The position numbers were made by a program, and so were the translations under genes. Under the pieces are notes generated by a model, which saw only the letters and a program-made list of their open reading frames with translations, did no database searches and was not told the origin of the DNA. Shown in pieces: positions 36,828-51,599 of a stretch of DNA of 64,000 nt. The first letter of the stretch is position 1. Every line of letters begins with the position of its first letter. The stretch comes from Mobula hypostoma (taxonomy: Eukaryota): positions 110,300,001 through 110,364,000 of the forward strand of contig NC_086108.1 in NCBI RefSeq assembly GCF_963921235.1. The letters run 5' to 3'.

Positions 36828-37594
36828 GTATGTATTGATGATTTTATTTTGTGCTTTGCTCGTGTAGACCGATAACATCATGTGAGACCGCCTGAGGGCA
36901 TCGTGTGTATGAAAGAGCAGCCGTGTTATGCATTATCACTCCAGTCGAGATGTGGGATCAAATCCCTTTCAAAAAATTGAAAGTAACTATTAGACACACA
37001 TGCCAAAGTCTTGGCAATGGTTCCAATAGTTCATAAATGCACACCTAATAACAAAGATTTGCTGAACAGATGAAAACCAAAAGTATAGTAAATGGAAAAT
37101 ATGATATTGCTGCAGGAAGGTGCAGCCCCAGTGAGATATAGTGCATTGGTGCAGAACAGTAGCATAGTGGTTAGCTCAATGCTGTTAGAACAGCAGTGAC
37201 CCAAGTTCAATACCATTGTGTCTAGGAGACATTTGTACATCGTCCCTGTGATTGCATGGGTTTCTTCCGAGTTTCCACCCACTTTCCAAAGACCTGTGCA
37301 TTAGTAGGTGAATTGGTCACATGGGTGTTATTGGAAAGAGTGGGCTCATTTGCCAGTATGGCCTGTTACCATGCTGTATCTCTAAATATAATGCATTTAG
37401 GGAGAAGATAGGACCACTTGAGGGCCAAGAAGAGAGTTTACACCTGTAGCAAGAGAATATTGGAAAAGTACTAAACAAGTGCTTCACCTCGGTGATCACT
37501 GAGGAGAAGGACAGGGAGGATAGTCAGATCAGAGTCAGATTTATTAGCATCGACTTGTGTGATGTGTAATTTAAATTCACAGTAGTATTGTGGC

Positions 37595-37875
37595 AAGCTT
37601 AACACTTTACAGCGCCAGGGATCGGGATTCAATTCCTGCCGCTCTCTTTAAGGAGTTTGTACATTCTCCCCGTGACCTCATGGATTTCTTCTGTGTGTTC
37701 CAGTTTCCTCTCACATTTCAAAGACATACTTGTTAAGGTTGGTAAGTTGTGGGCACGCTATGATGGCAGTTGTGAACTGCTCCCAGCACATCTGTGTTGG
37801 ATATTGACGCAAGTGACGCTTTTCGCTGTAGGTTTTGTTGTTTCAATGTACATGTGACAAATAAAGCTAATCTTT
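37595..37875 (+). mobile_element. V-SINE with Rex-type tail
   Basis: gggattcaattcctgccgct...aggagtttgtacattctccccgtgacc...gtgacaaataaagctaatctt. Confidence 0.7.
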
Positions 37876-38962
37876 AAATGTATTGTTTTGTGGCAGCAGT
37901 ACAGTGAAAAGATATTAATATTGCTATAAATTGCAAGGTAGTGGGAAAAAAGAATATCAGGCGGGGGGGGTATACAGGTACTCTTGGGCACTTTGATATC
38001 AAGAAGGTGGTGCTGTTTGGTTTATTGAAGAACATTAAATTTGCTAAGTCCCCAGGGCCTAGGTTCGCCCCCAGATTATATAAGACCATAAGATATAAGA
38101 GCAGAATTAGGCCATTTGGCCTGTCAAGTCTGATCTGCCATTTCATCATGGCTGATTTATTTTCCCTCCCAGCACCAATCTCCTGCCTTTTCCCCATATC
38201 CCTTCATGCCCTGACTAATCAAATATCTATCAACCTCTGCCCTAAATATACGCAATGACTTGGCCGCCACAGCCGACTGTGGCATCAAATTTCACAGATT
38301 CACCATACTCTGATTAAAGAAATACTTCCTCATCTCCGTTCTAGAAAAATGTCCCTCTGATTTGAAGCTGTGTGCTCTGGTCTTATAGACTCCTCCACCA
38401 TAGGAAACTGGAGAGAAGGGATTGCTGGGGCCATGAGAGAAGTCCTAGAGGACTGGAGAATAGCCAAGATTATTCCTATGTTTAAGAGTGGCAGTTGAGA
38501 CAAGCCAGGAAATAATAGGCCAGTGAGCCTTGCATCAGTGGTAGGGAAACTTGGAGAAGATTCTCAAGGGTCGGATCTACTTGCATCTGGAAAAGCAAAT
38601 TTACATTAGGGATAGTCTACATGGCTTTATGTGAGGGAAGTCATGCTAACAAACTTCAGTTTTTTTTTGAAGAGGTAATGAAGGTGATCACAGAACATAG
38701 AACATTAAAGCATAATACAGGCCTTCAGCCCACAATGTTATGCCAAACTTTTAACGTACTTTAAGATTAATCTGACCCTTGCCACCCATATAGGTCTCTA
38801 TTTTTCTTTAATCCATGTGTCTATTTAAGAGTCTCTTATGTGTTTCTAAAGTATCTGCCTCTACCACCACCCCTGGCAGGGTGTTCCACACACCCACCAC
38901 TCTGTTTAAAAAAAACACCTGCCTCTGATACCACTCACAATTTTCTTCCTAACACCTTAATG

Positions 38963-39600
38963 TTATAAGACCATTAGACAAAGGAGCAGAAGTCGGCCAT
39001 TCGGCCCATCGAGCCTGCTCCGCCATTTTATCATGAGCTGATCCATTCTCCCATTTAGTCCCACTCCCGCCTTCTCACCATAACCTTTGATGCCCTGGCT
39101 ACTCAGATACCTATCAATCTCTGCCTTAAATACACCCAATGACTTGGCCTCCACTGCTGCCCGTGGCAACAAATTCCATAGATTCACCACCCTCTGGCTA
39201 AAAAAATTTCTTTGCATCTCTGTTCTGAATGGGCGCCCTTCAATCCTTAAGTCATGCCCTCTCGTACTAGACTCCCCCATCATGGGAAACAACTTTGCCA
39301 CATCCACTCTGTCCATACCTTTCAACATTCGAAATGTTTCTACGAGGTCCCCCCTCATTCTTCTAAACTCCAAGGAATACAGTCCAAGAGCAGACAAATG
39401 TTCCTCGTATGTTAACCTTCTCATTCCCAGAATCATTCTAGTGAATCTTCCCTGTACCCTCTCCAACGTCAGCACATCCTTTCTTAAATAAGGAGACCAA
39501 AACTGCCCACAGTACTCCAAGTGAGGTCTCGCCAGTGCCTTATAGAGCCTCAACATCACATCCCTGTTCCTATACTCTATTCCTCTAGAAATGAATGCCC
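38963..39600 (-). mobile_element. Young CR1 3' fragment within older CR1 debris (~37940-42240)
   Basis: Open 198-aa frame LRLYKALARPHLEYC...TRGHDL...FFSQRVV. Confidence 0.85.
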
Positions 39601-42600
39601 CCTTTTATTAGTCATTTCCAACTTGGGAGAAAGTCTGTAACTGTCCACTCGATCCATACTTCTTGTACATCTCTATCAGGTCAATGAGTATAGAGCAATG
39701 GATGTTCTAAACGTGGGCTCCAGTAAAGCTTTCAATAAGGTCCATCATGGCGGGTTGATCCAGAGACTTGGTAGATTGGACTTACAATTGGATTGGCTAT
39801 AGATGATGGAGGGGTGTTAGTGTTTCTGGACATCTGTGACCCAGTGGTATTTTGCAAAGATCAGTACTGGAATTGCTCTTGTTTGTGACCGTTTGTAAAT
39901 GTTTTGCCCAAAAACATAATTGAGTTGATTAGTAAGTGTGCAGATGACAAAAATTGGCAGAGTTGTCGATAGTGAGGAAAATTGTCAAAGGAAATGATCA
40001 AAATAAATTTATTATTAGAGTATGTATAAGTCACTTGATACAACCATGATATTGTTTTCTTGTGGGCATACACAATAAATCCAAGAAATACAATAGTCCC
40101 AATGAAAGACTGCACCTATCTGGACAGGCAAACAACCGATGTTCAAAGGACAACAAACTGCAAATATGAAAAAGAGAGAGAAGAAAAAATAAATAAGCAA
40201 TAAATATTGAGAACTTGAGCTGAAGAGGTCTTTAAAGTGAGACCACAGGATGTGGAAACAGTTCAGTGAAAGGGTTAGTGAAGTTATCCCTCTGGTTCAA
40301 GAGCCTTATGGTTGAGGGGTAACATCTGTTCATGAACCTAGTGGTGTGGGTTCTGAGGCTCCTGAACTTCCTTCCCAATGGCAGCTGCGAGGAGAGAACA
40401 TGGCCTTGATGATGGATGCTGCTTTACTGTGACAGAAGGATTCATCAGGCTCGGGACCAACTGGAAATGTGGGCAGAGAAACAGATGGACAAGTATTGGG
40501 AGGTCAAATGCAAGGAGAGTATACAGTAGATAACAGGATCCTTGAAAGCATGATTGTACCTTGCTACCAAGCTTATTGGGCTTTGCCCATAGCTCACTGA
40601 AAGTAGACTGAAAAGACTAGGACATACACAGTATTGAAAAACATAGGCTTTGGTAGGTGGTAGCACAGGCAGACATAAATAGGGTGGTAAAGAAGGCAGG
40701 CTGCACAGGGGCATTGAATATATTTTTTAAAATGTCCATTTTTCTTGTGAGCAACATCAGTTTCCTCCCACACACCTAAGATGCATCAGTTAGGTTATTT
40801 GGCCATTGTAATTTGTCCTGTGATTAGGCTGGGGTTAATTAGTTTGGTTGCTGGACAGCATGGCTCGCTGGGCTGAAGGGACTGTTCCATGCTGTATTTC
40901 TAAATAAGTAAAAGTCAGGAAGTCATGTTGCAACTGTATAAAACTTTGGTTAGGCCATGTTTGGAGCATTGTGTGCAGTTGTGGTCCCCACATTCCAGGA
41001 AAAATGTAGAGGATCTGAAGAGGATGCAGAAGAGGTTCACCAAGATGTTGTCCAGATTAGAGTTTTAGATATAAGGGGAGTGTGGACAAATTTGGATTGT
41101 TTCCTGAAACAGTGAAGGCTGATTGCATAAAGTTATGAGAGACATAGGCAAAGTATATAGTCAGAGTCTGGAAAATGTGTGCATCAGGCAACAGGAAGTG
41201 TTTGATAGCATTAAGCTAGACAAATCCTTAGGAACTGATGAAATCTATGTTGGACAGTTATGGGAAGTAAGGAGGAGCTAGCTGATGCTCTGCTGGAGAA
41301 TTTTACGTTGCCCTTAGCACTGGCAGACTGGAGTAAACAATGTTGTTTCCATATTGAAGAGTGGTAGGGATAAGAGGAATCTACAGGCTGGTAAACTTTA
41401 TATCAATCTCAGAGAAACTATTGGAAGATAATTCTTAGGGACAGGATTTATCACTTGGAAATCTGGGACTGGTCCTAGGGAATCAGAATGATTTTGTTTA
41501 TAGAAAATCCTTCCTACCTCTCAAATCTTAGTGTTTTTTGAGAAGTCACTAAATTGAGAAATAAAGATTTTAAAAGATTAGCTTTATTTGTTCTATGTAT
41601 GTTGAAACATACAATGAAATGCGCTGTTTGCATCAGTGACCAACACATTTTGAAGATGTGCTGAGGGCAGCTCACAAGTGTCACCAAGCTTCCGGTGTCA
41701 ACATTGCCAAGTCCTCAACTTAGTAACTCTTACCCCTATGTCTTTGAAATGCGGGAAGAAACTAGAGCACCCAGAGGAAACAAGTGGTCATGGGGAGAAC
41801 ATACAAACCCCTTACAGACAAAAGCAGAATCTGAACCTTGATTGCTGCCACTGTTAAGTGCAACACTACTGTACCAGCCCTTGATGGAAAGAAGGTAGGG
41901 TATGCATGGACTTCAAGGTTTTTGACCAGATCCCACACTGTCCAGAAAGTTAAGGCATATGGAGGTCCAAGATATCTAGGCTAGTAGTAGGTCAACATTT
42001 GTAACCAGTGTGTACCGCAGAGGTGGTTCTGGGGACCTTTGTTTGTCATATGCAAGTGATGTGGATGAGAATGTCTGTTGTTTGCTGACAACACAAGTTG
42101 AGGATGGTTACCCAATGATACAGATAGAGACATATAGTTGGGTGGAGCAGTGTCAAATGGAATTTAAACTGGGTAAGGGTGAGGTAATGCATTTTGAGTT
42201 GTCCAGTACTGGCCAGATGTATATAAATCTAATGTATACATATTGATATACAACTGATTCCACAACCTACAGGTTCACTTTCAAGAATTCTACAACTCTT
42301 GTTTTATTGTTTTTTATTTGCACAGTTTGTCGTTGGTTGTTTGTCAGTGTCTGTATAATTTTTCATAAATTCTATTGTATTTCTTTATTTTCCTCTATAT
42401 GCCTGCAAGAAAACGAATCTCAAGGTTAGTATATGGTGACATGTATGCATTTGTGATAATAAATTTACTTTGACCTTGACCGTACATTGCAGGGATCTTT
42501 GAAATGCTGATGCACAAAGGGAGCTTGGGGTGCAGGTCCATTGCTTCTCAAATGACAACACAGACGGGCAGTGTAGTGAAGAAAGCATTCAGCTTTTTTA

Positions 42601-43199
42601 AACACGAAATTCCGCAGATGCTGGAAATCTGGAGTAGCACATTCAAAATGCTGGAGAAACTCAGCAGGTCAGGCAACATCTATGGAAAGCAATAAACAAT
42701 CAATGTTTTGGGCCAAAATGCTTCATCAGGACATCATTAGTTTTCTTGCTGTCATAGGCAGAGACACTGAGTATAACAACTGGGATATCATGGCACTGGT
42801 ACAAGGATTGACGTGCCCTCTGACCTGCTTGTGCTCCTAATGTGTTTTGGAATTTGTGTTGGGTGACTTCATTGTTCAAAGAAAATTTACTATCAGAATA
42901 CATATATGTCACCATATGCAACCCTGAGATTCATTCTCTTGTTGGCATTCACAGTAAATACAAAGAAAACAAAAACAAATAATTAATAAATGAGCATTAA
43001 ATATCAAGAACCTGAGGTGAAGAGTCCTTGAAAGTGAGTCTATAGATTGTGGGAAAAGTTCAGTATTGGGTTGGGGGAAGTTACCCCCTCTGGTTCAGGA
43101 GCCTGATGATTAACAGTAATAACTGTTCCTGAACCTGGTTGTGTGAGACCTGAGTCCTTCCTGATGGCAGCAGTGAGAAGAGAGCATGGCCTGGATGCT

Positions 43200-44302
43200 C
43201 ACCATCTCTGACCTTATTAGCTCTGGTGATCTCCCATCCACTGCCACCAACCTATATTTCCTGCTACCCGCACCTCCTGTCTCTACCTCCTACTCAAGGT
43301 CCACAAACCCACTTGGCAAGGTAGACCCATTGTCTCAGCTTGTTCCTGCCCCACTGATATCTGCAAACCTCGACTCTATTTTATTCCACCCCCCCCCCAA
43401 CCAATTCAGTCCTTTCCTACTTAGATCTATGACACTTAACATGTTCTGGATCTTTTCAATTATTTCAAGTTCCCAGGCCCCCATTATCTTACTTTTACCA
43501 TGGACGTCCAGTCCCTATACACCTCCGTCCCCCACCAGGAAGGCCTCAAAGCTCTCTGTTTTTTTCTGGACACCAGACCCAATCGGTTCCCCTCCACCAC
43601 CGCTCTCCTCTGTAGGCGGACCTTGTCCTCATTCTTAATAATTTCTCCCTTGGCTCCTCCCACTTTTTATTTGGTTCCTTCAAACCATGCATGGGCACTC
43701 GCCTGGCTCCTAGCTATGCCGGCCTTCTTGTCAGCTGTGTGGAGCAGTCTATGTTCCAATCCTACACTGGTGGCTGCCCCCCACTTCTTCTACACTACAT
43801 CGAATGCACCGGTGGACTTCATCCACTTTGCCTCCAACTTTCACCCTGCCCTCAAATTAACCTGGTCTATTTCTGATACCTCCCTCCCATTTCCCGATCT
43901 CACTGTCTCTGTCTCTGAAGACAGCTTATCGACTGATGTCTATTATAAACCCATGGATTTCTCTCACCTTATCTCCTTGCCTGCCCATTGCCTCCCTGTG
44001 GTGCTCTTCCACCCTTTTCCTTCTTTCATGTCGTCTTGTCCTCTCCTATTAGATTTACCTCTTTCCCCGACCCTGTACCTCTTTCCCCAATCATCTTCCC
44101 AGCTCTTTACTTCACCCCTCCTCCTCCCAGTTTCAATTATCACCTTGTGTTTTTCCCTCCCCTCCCCCCACCTTTCAACTCTACTCCTCATCGTTTTTTC
44201 GCTAGTCCTGCTGAAGGGCCTCGGCCTAAAACATCGACTGTACTCTTTTCCATAGATGCAGCCTGGCCTGCTGAGTTCCTCCAGCATTTTGTGTGTGTTG
44301 CT
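43200..44302 (+). mobile_element. Penelope-like element: degraded RT plus pLTR
   Basis: MDVQSLYTSVP, MGTRLAPSYA, LPFPDL...DVYYKP motifs typical of PLE RT, followed by the pLTR with a mutated hammerhead at ~44203-44240. Confidence 0.85.
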
Positions 44303-47300
44303 TGGGTTGGGTCCTTGATGGATACTGCTATCCTGTGATAGCACTCCATGTTGGGGAGGGCTTCACCCGTGATGGACTGGGCTGCATCCACTTTCTGTAG
44401 ACTTTTCCATTCAACTTGGTTAGGTTTCTATATATTTTTACCCCTCTATTTCATGTAACTGGGTATTACTTATAAAATATGAATTACACTAGAGAGAGAC
44501 AACAGAATTAGACTAAAGTTCAGCAAGCAGGTTGCCAATATATTTTACTAGCATTTAGTCATATGTAACTGATTTTTACAAGCACAAGCTGCAAATATTA
44601 GCATCATATTTCTTAAACCTTCCAATATGTGAAACTTATTTGCTACCTCCCTTAAATATAAGGGGCATAGTTTTAAGATGTATGGCGGAAAGTATAAGGA
44701 GGATGTCAGAGGTAGATTATTTTTACACAGGGTAATAGAGTGAGTGGGCAGCCAGAGACTTTTTCCTTTTTCCCATGATGGAAATAGCTAATGCGACAGG
44801 GCATAATTTTAAGGTGATTGGAGGAAAGTATGGGGGGTGGGAGATGTCAGAGGTAGATTTTTTTACACAGAGTGATGAGTGCATAGGATGTGCTGCCAGG
44901 GATGGTGGTAGAGGCAAATACATGAGGGACGTTTAAGAGACTCTTAGATAGGTACATGGAAGGTTATGTGGGAGGGAAGTGTTGGATTGATCTTGGAGTA
45001 AGCTAAAGGGTCGGCACGACATCATGGGCTGAAGAGCCTGTACTGTGTTGTTATGTTCTACGTGCAGAAGTTGGCCACCTATTTCAAGGCAGTTGTTCCT
45101 AAGTGCCAGTTGTTGCATGGTTGCTTTACTGAAGTGGCCATTTTTAAATAAGCCTGCACAGTAAGAGTTAAGATAAATCATGTTTTAGGTGGAGACAAGA
45201 TCAAAGCCTAACCAAGTGTTAGCATTAATTGGTGCCCTTACATGCCTGACCATGTAAGATGATCTGATAATTAGAAGCACAAACTTGGCAGTTATTTTCC
45301 ATTTATATCTAGATCATGGTTTGAGATCAGCGCGCATTCTGGTATCTAAACTTGAGTGGGCTTCATCTATTGGACTGTAACTTTTAAGTTAGGGAGTTGA
45401 ATTGTACTCCATTCTGAGACTGTGGTCTAAATGAATGGATTTAACTGTAGGCCTGTAATTTGATATAATTGATTCAACAGCTGGTTTCCAGTATTAGACC
45501 AGTTGATTATTGCTTTAAACATTTCCATTGTCTGATGAAAAGGTATGCAAAGAATTCATTATTAAGCATTAAAACCATAAAACACCGGAGCAGAATTAGG
45601 CCATTTGGCCCATTGAGTCTGCTCTACTTATTCCATCATGGCTGATATATTTCTCTCAAACCCACTATCCTGCCTTCTCCCTGTAACCTTTGACACCCCC
45701 TTACTAATTAAGAACCTATCAACCTCTGCTTTAAATATACCCGATACCCAATAACTTGGCCTCCATAGATGACTGTGGCCATGAATTCCACAGATTCGTT
45801 ACCACTCTGGCTAAAGAAATTCCTTCTCATCTCTATTCTCAGGCTGTGCACTGCAGTCGTAGACTCACCCACTGTAGGAAGTCCACTTCCACGTCCACTC
45901 TATCTAAGCCATCAACTGACCATCCATTTGCAGCTGATAATTACTTTTTTGAAACTTTATGTCCCCTTTTGTCCTTGAACGTTTATTTTTCTCCTTTAAT
46001 TAGTAGGGTAACAGGCCCTTCCAGCCCAGTGAGCCCACACTGCCCAAGTACAATTAACCTCCTAACATCTATGTGTTTGATAAAAGCCACTTTACAGCTG
46101 GAGCTTAGTATGAACAATGAATATTTCTTTTAAAAATTTCATTTATTACTCAATGATAAAATACAGTTGCTTTTTACATTGAATGTCAACTTGAAAGTGC
46201 TTTTCCAAATTTGCTTTTGTATAGGGTTCAAGATTAGCTTTATTTTTTTCACAGGTACATCGAACTATTCAGGGAAATCTGTCATTTATGTCAACAACCA
46301 ACACAACCATAATTTATACGAGGTATAAGTGAGCTGGCAGCCTGCTTGCACAGCAGATCAGAATGAACTCCATTCCTTTTTGGATTCTGTATTTAAATCC
46401 CATTTTAAGATTTTTAAACCAGTATGTTGCCCATTCAGGTTCCATGTGCATTGATTCCAAAGGTCACCTCCGTTACTGAGCATTAATCTATATCTGCTTA
46501 AGGATCTTGCAGAGTAGCTCTGATCAATGGTGGGAAAGTTATTGGAAGGGATTCTAAGAGATGGGGTTTACTTGTATTTGGAATGACAAGGTCTTTCTGT
46601 GACCAGAACATGACTGTATTTATTGATTTATTTATTGATACAGCACAGTAATAGGCCCCTCTGACCCAATAAGCCCCCAACTGCCAAATCACACCCATAT
46701 GACCAATTAACTTATCATCTGGTACGTCTTTGGAATGTGGGAGAAAGGCAGAGCACCGAGAAGAAACCCAGGTTGTCATAGGGAGAACGTACAAACTCCT
46801 TACAGACAGCAGCAGGAATTGAACCTAGATTGCTGGCTCTGTAGTAGGACCATAAGACATAGGAGCAAAATTAGGCCATTTAGCCTATCGAGGTACTCTG
46901 CCATTCCATCATGACTGATTTGTTGTCCCTCTCAATCCCATTCTCCTGCCTTTTCCCCATAACCTTTGATGCTCTGACTAATCAAGAACCTATCAACTTC
47001 CACTTACAAATATACCAAATGACTTGGCCTCTGCAGCTGTGGCAATGAACTGCACACATTCACCACCCCCTGGCTAAAGAAATTCCTCCTCATCTCCGTT
47101 CTAAATGGATGACCCTCTATTCTGTGGCTGTGCCCTCTGGTCTTAGACTCACCCTCTATAGGAAATGGGTAATAAATATTATGCTAACCAGTATGCTACC
47201 TTGCTGGCCTGATTATGTCCTAGAGAATTGACTAAATTTAACTAAGTCTAGTTAAGGACTGATTTTCCATTTTAGAAATTTGGTCAGTTTTTTTTGAAAA

Positions 47301-47524
47301 GGTGACCAAGAGGATAGGGCAGATGGTAGACATTGTCTACACGGACTTTGACAAGGTCATGCATAGTAGGCTGCTCTGGAATGTCCCACCACATTCAATC
47401 CTGGATGAGCTGGCAATTTTCAGGCAATGTTGGCTTTGGGGGTACAAGACAAAGAGTGTTTGTTTTCCAGATTGGATGCCTGTGACCAACAGGGGTCAGT
47501 ATAGGGTCATCTTGTTCTCACATA

Positions 47525-48989
47525 TAGAACATAGAATAGTACAGCACATTACAGGCCCTTCGGTCCACAATGTTGTGCCGACCCTCAAACCCTGCCTCCC
47601 GTATAACCCCCCACCTTAAATTCCTCCATATACCTGTCTAGTAGTCTCTTAAACTTCACGAGTGTATCTGCCTCCACCACTGACTCAGGCAGTGCATTCC
47701 ACGCACCAACCACTCTCTGAGTAAAAAACCTTCCTCTACTATCCCCCTTGAACTTCCCACCCCTTACCTTAAAGCCATGTCCTCTTGTATTGAGCAGTGG
47801 TGCCCTGGGGAAGAGGTGCTGGCTATCCACTCTATCTATTCCTCTTATTATCTTGTACACCTCTATCATGTCTCCTCTCATCCTCCTTCTCTCCAAAGAG
47901 TAAAGCCCTAGCTCCCTTAATCTTTGATCATAATCCGTACTCTCTAAACCAGGCAGCATCCTGGTAAATCTCCTCTGTACCCTTTCCAATGTTTCCACAT
48001 CCTTCCTATAGTGAGGTGACCAGAACTGGACACAGTACTTCAAGTGTGGCCTAACCAGAGTTTTATAGAGCTGCATCATTACCTCACGACTCTTAAACTC
48101 TATCCCTCGACATTTAAAAGCTAACACCCCATAAGCTTTCTTAACTACCCTATCTACCTGTGAGGCAACTTTCAGGGATCTGTGGACATGTACCCCCAGA
48201 TCCCTCTGCTGCTCCACACTACCAAGTATCCTGTCATTTACTTTGTACTCTGCCTTGGAGTTTGTCCTTCCAAGGTGTACCACCTCACACTTCTCTGAGT
48301 TGAACTCCATCTGCCACTTCTCAGCCCACTTCTGCATCCTATCAATGTCTCTCTGCAATCTTTGACAATCCTCTACTCTATCTACAACACCACCAACCTT
48401 TGTGTCGTCTGCAAACTTGCCAACCCCGCCCCTCTACCCCCATATCCAGGTCGTTAATAAAAATCACAAAAAGTAGAGGTCCCAGAATAGATCCTTGTAG
48501 GACACCACTAGTCACAATCCTCCAATCTGAATGTACTCCCTCCACCACGACCCTCTGCCTTCTGCAGGCAAGCCAATTCTGAATCCACCTGGCCAAACTT
48601 CGCTGGATCCCATGCCTTCTGACTTTCTGAATAAGCCTCCCATGTGGAACCTTGTCAAATGCCTTACTAATATCCATGTAGATCACATCCACTGCACTAC
48701 CCTCATCTATATGCCTGGTCACCTCCTCAAAGAACTCTTATCAGGCTTGTTAGAAACTACCTGCCCTTCACAAAGCCATGCTGACTGTCTCTGATCAGAC
48801 CATGATTCTCTAAATGCCCATAGATCCTATCTCTAAGAATCTTTTCCAACAGCTTTCCCACCACAGACGTAAGGCTCACTGGTCTATAATTACCCGGACT
48901 ATCCCTACTACCTTTTTTGAACAAGGGGACAACATTCACCTCCCTCCAGTCCTCCGGTACCATTCCCGTGGACAACGAGGACATAAAGA
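47525..48989 (-). mobile_element. 5'-truncated CR1 LINE
   Basis: ORFs 47585-48358, 48378-48722, 48757-48984 with RT motifs; (atagaac)n tail. Confidence 0.9.
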
Positions 48990-49038
48990 CAATGTTGGCT
49001 TTGGGGTATAAGACAAAGGGTGTTTGTTTTTCCAGATT

Positions 49039-50110
49039 TTAACAACTTCCCATTCACTTTTGTTTCCTTATATGCCCTTTCCTTGGCTTTTATACAGTCC
49101 TTCACTTCCCTTGTCAGCCACGGTTGCTTAGCCCTGCAATTTGAGAACTACTTCTCTGGGACATAGCCATCCTGCGCTTTCTGAACTATTCACAGAAATT
49201 TCAGCCATCTCTGGTCTGCCATCATCCCTGCCAGTATCATCCCCAATCCACCTGGGCTAGTTCCTCTCTCATGCCTCTGTAATTTCCTTTATTCCATTGT
49301 GATACTGATACATGTGACTTATGCTACTCCCTCTCAAATTTCAGTTTGTATTCAATCATATTATGATCACTGCCTCCTAAGGGTTCCTTTGCATTAGGTT
49401 CCCTAATAAGACCTGGGTTATTACACAACACCCAATCTAAGATAGCCTTTTCCTCAAGCAGGCTCAAAACACACCCTGCTCTAAAAACCCATCACCTTCT
49501 CAGCTTCCTTTCTAACTCCCTGTATTCTGTTTTCAGGACCTCCTCCCTTTTTCTGCCTATGTCGTTGGGACCAATATGTACCATGACTTCTGGCTGCTTA
49601 CTCTCCCTTTTCAGGATATCATGGACACGGTCAGAAAGACAGCGGACTCTGATACCTAGGAGGGGAACTGCTATCTGTGTTTCCTTTACGCATCCACAGA
49701 ATGGCCTAACTGTCCCCCTAACTATAGAGTCCCCTGTTACTGCTGCCCTTCTGAGCCGCAGGGGTAGACACAGTCAGTGCTAGGGGCATGGCCACTGTTG
49801 CTACTCACAGGTCCCCCCCCAACAGTACTCAAAATAAAGTACTACCTGAAATCCCATATCTGACACCCAGAACAGAACACTGACTCTACAGACATATCCC
49901 CTATTCACCTAACAGTTAATTCAGAAAATAAGAAATAAGGAGTGAACTTACCTGTTTACCTTGCCTCTGCCTATTCTCGCTGAAACCTTACTACTCGGAC
50001 TCAGACTACCCCCACGATGACCGTTCCGCTAAGCGGTATGCTTCTTTTCTTGAGACTGGGTTTTTAAAGTTCTTCACCGGACCTGTGCGAGAACACTTCT
50101 GCTGTGTCTG
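49039..50110 (-). mobile_element. Deleted CR1 remnants (ORF2, ORF1 and 5' UTR pieces)
   Basis: Similar to the reverse complement of the 12300-12700 ORF1 esterase region. Confidence 0.6.
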
Positions 50111-51347
50111 TGCATTACTCCTATCAACTAGATCCAATACAGCACAAAAACAACAATAAGGTAAAGAACATAATAAATTTTAAAAGTACAGTAAGTATAT
50201 ACACATAAGGCAGCTTATATACATACCTATATCCATATAGCAATGCTAGGCACAGGAGCATCTATACATAAAATGCATAAGGTGATTGACAGGATACTGA
50301 TGGTTGGGGGTATGGAGAGTTGGGATAGTGGGTGGAAGTGTTGATCAGCCTTATTGCTTGGGGAAAGTAAGTCTGGTGTTCCTGGTGTGGATGCTACATA
50401 GCCTCCTTCCTGATGGGAGTGGAACAAACAGTCCATGAGCAGGTTAATTGGGATCCTTCATGATATTACTGGCTCTTTTCTGAGCTAAGTGATTTAAAAG
50501 AGGTAAATTCTTCACGTGTAATTGATAGCTGAAATGAGCTGCTAGAGGAAGCAGGAACAGTAACAACAGTTAAAAATAAACAAAAGATTCTGCAGATGCT
50601 GGAAATACAGAGCAACACACAGAACGTGCTGGAGGAACTCAGCAGATCAGGCATCATCTTTGGAAGAGGGATTAAGCACGTGATGACAATGACCCTTGAA
50701 ATGATGACATTTCTGGCTGAGACCTTTCATCAGGACTCCAGTTAAGAGAGCTGCTTAACAACAGCTAAGAGGTGCTTGGACAGTTCCTTGACAGAGCAGG
50801 ACATAGAGGGATGTGGAATTAATTGGGGGTGGGTGTTGGGGAATAGTATAAATAGGCACGATGGTTGGCAGAGACATGGTAGGGAAATCAGTTCATATCA
50901 GTGTGTATTATGGCTGGGTCCATGATGCTGATGTACCTAAAAGGGGAGAGGGGAGTATCATTTGCTAATAATTACAGTAATTTCTCACAAATTGCAGATA
51001 ATTTGCCAAGGTGTTAATGGGGTTGCTAAAATTGGCTTCACATGTCTAGATTCCGTGGCAGAAATTATTCAGTTTCTGTTGGAAATCTTTTAAATTGTAT
51101 GCTGAAATATTTTATTGTGGTCCTTCAGAATGACTACGTTTGCTTGTATAACTTGCAAAATCTATTAAGTAAGTCCCCTTCCTTGAGGTGAGTTTCATAT
51201 TTGAGTACTATACCCTCTGAAAGAAGCAACTCCAGAAAAGTCACTTCATGGACACAAGGTGTTTGGGAAAATTAAGGAGAAGGCACACCAGTGAAATATT
51301 TCTGGATATCGAAAAAAACTAAAAAAAACAATATCTATATTTTTCAG

Positions 51348-51476
51348 AATACTGCAGGCCTAGATGATTTTGAAAGGCAAAAAACACTTGGAACGGGTTC
51401 TTTTGGAAGAGTTATGTTGGTGAAACACAAAGGCACAGAACAGTACTATGCCATGAAGATACTTGATAAACAAAAA
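51348..51476 (+). CDS. PRKACB: PKA catalytic subunit beta, exon 3 ([43 protein letters not shown])
   Basis: ttttcag acceptor, AAA|gtaagt donor, 129 nt; Gly-rich loop GTGSFG and AMK catalytic Lys. AGLxDF and TEQYY are C-beta-like (human C-alpha has AHLDQF and TGNHY). Confidence 0.96.
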
Positions 51477-51599
51477 GTAAGTATGTCTCTTTATGTGAAG
51501 TAGCCAAGAGGGTTTTTTTTGTTTGTCATTGACTCTTGCTATCACTGTACTAAAATATTTTCAATAGGATCTTGTAGATTCCTTATTGCTATATACAAT

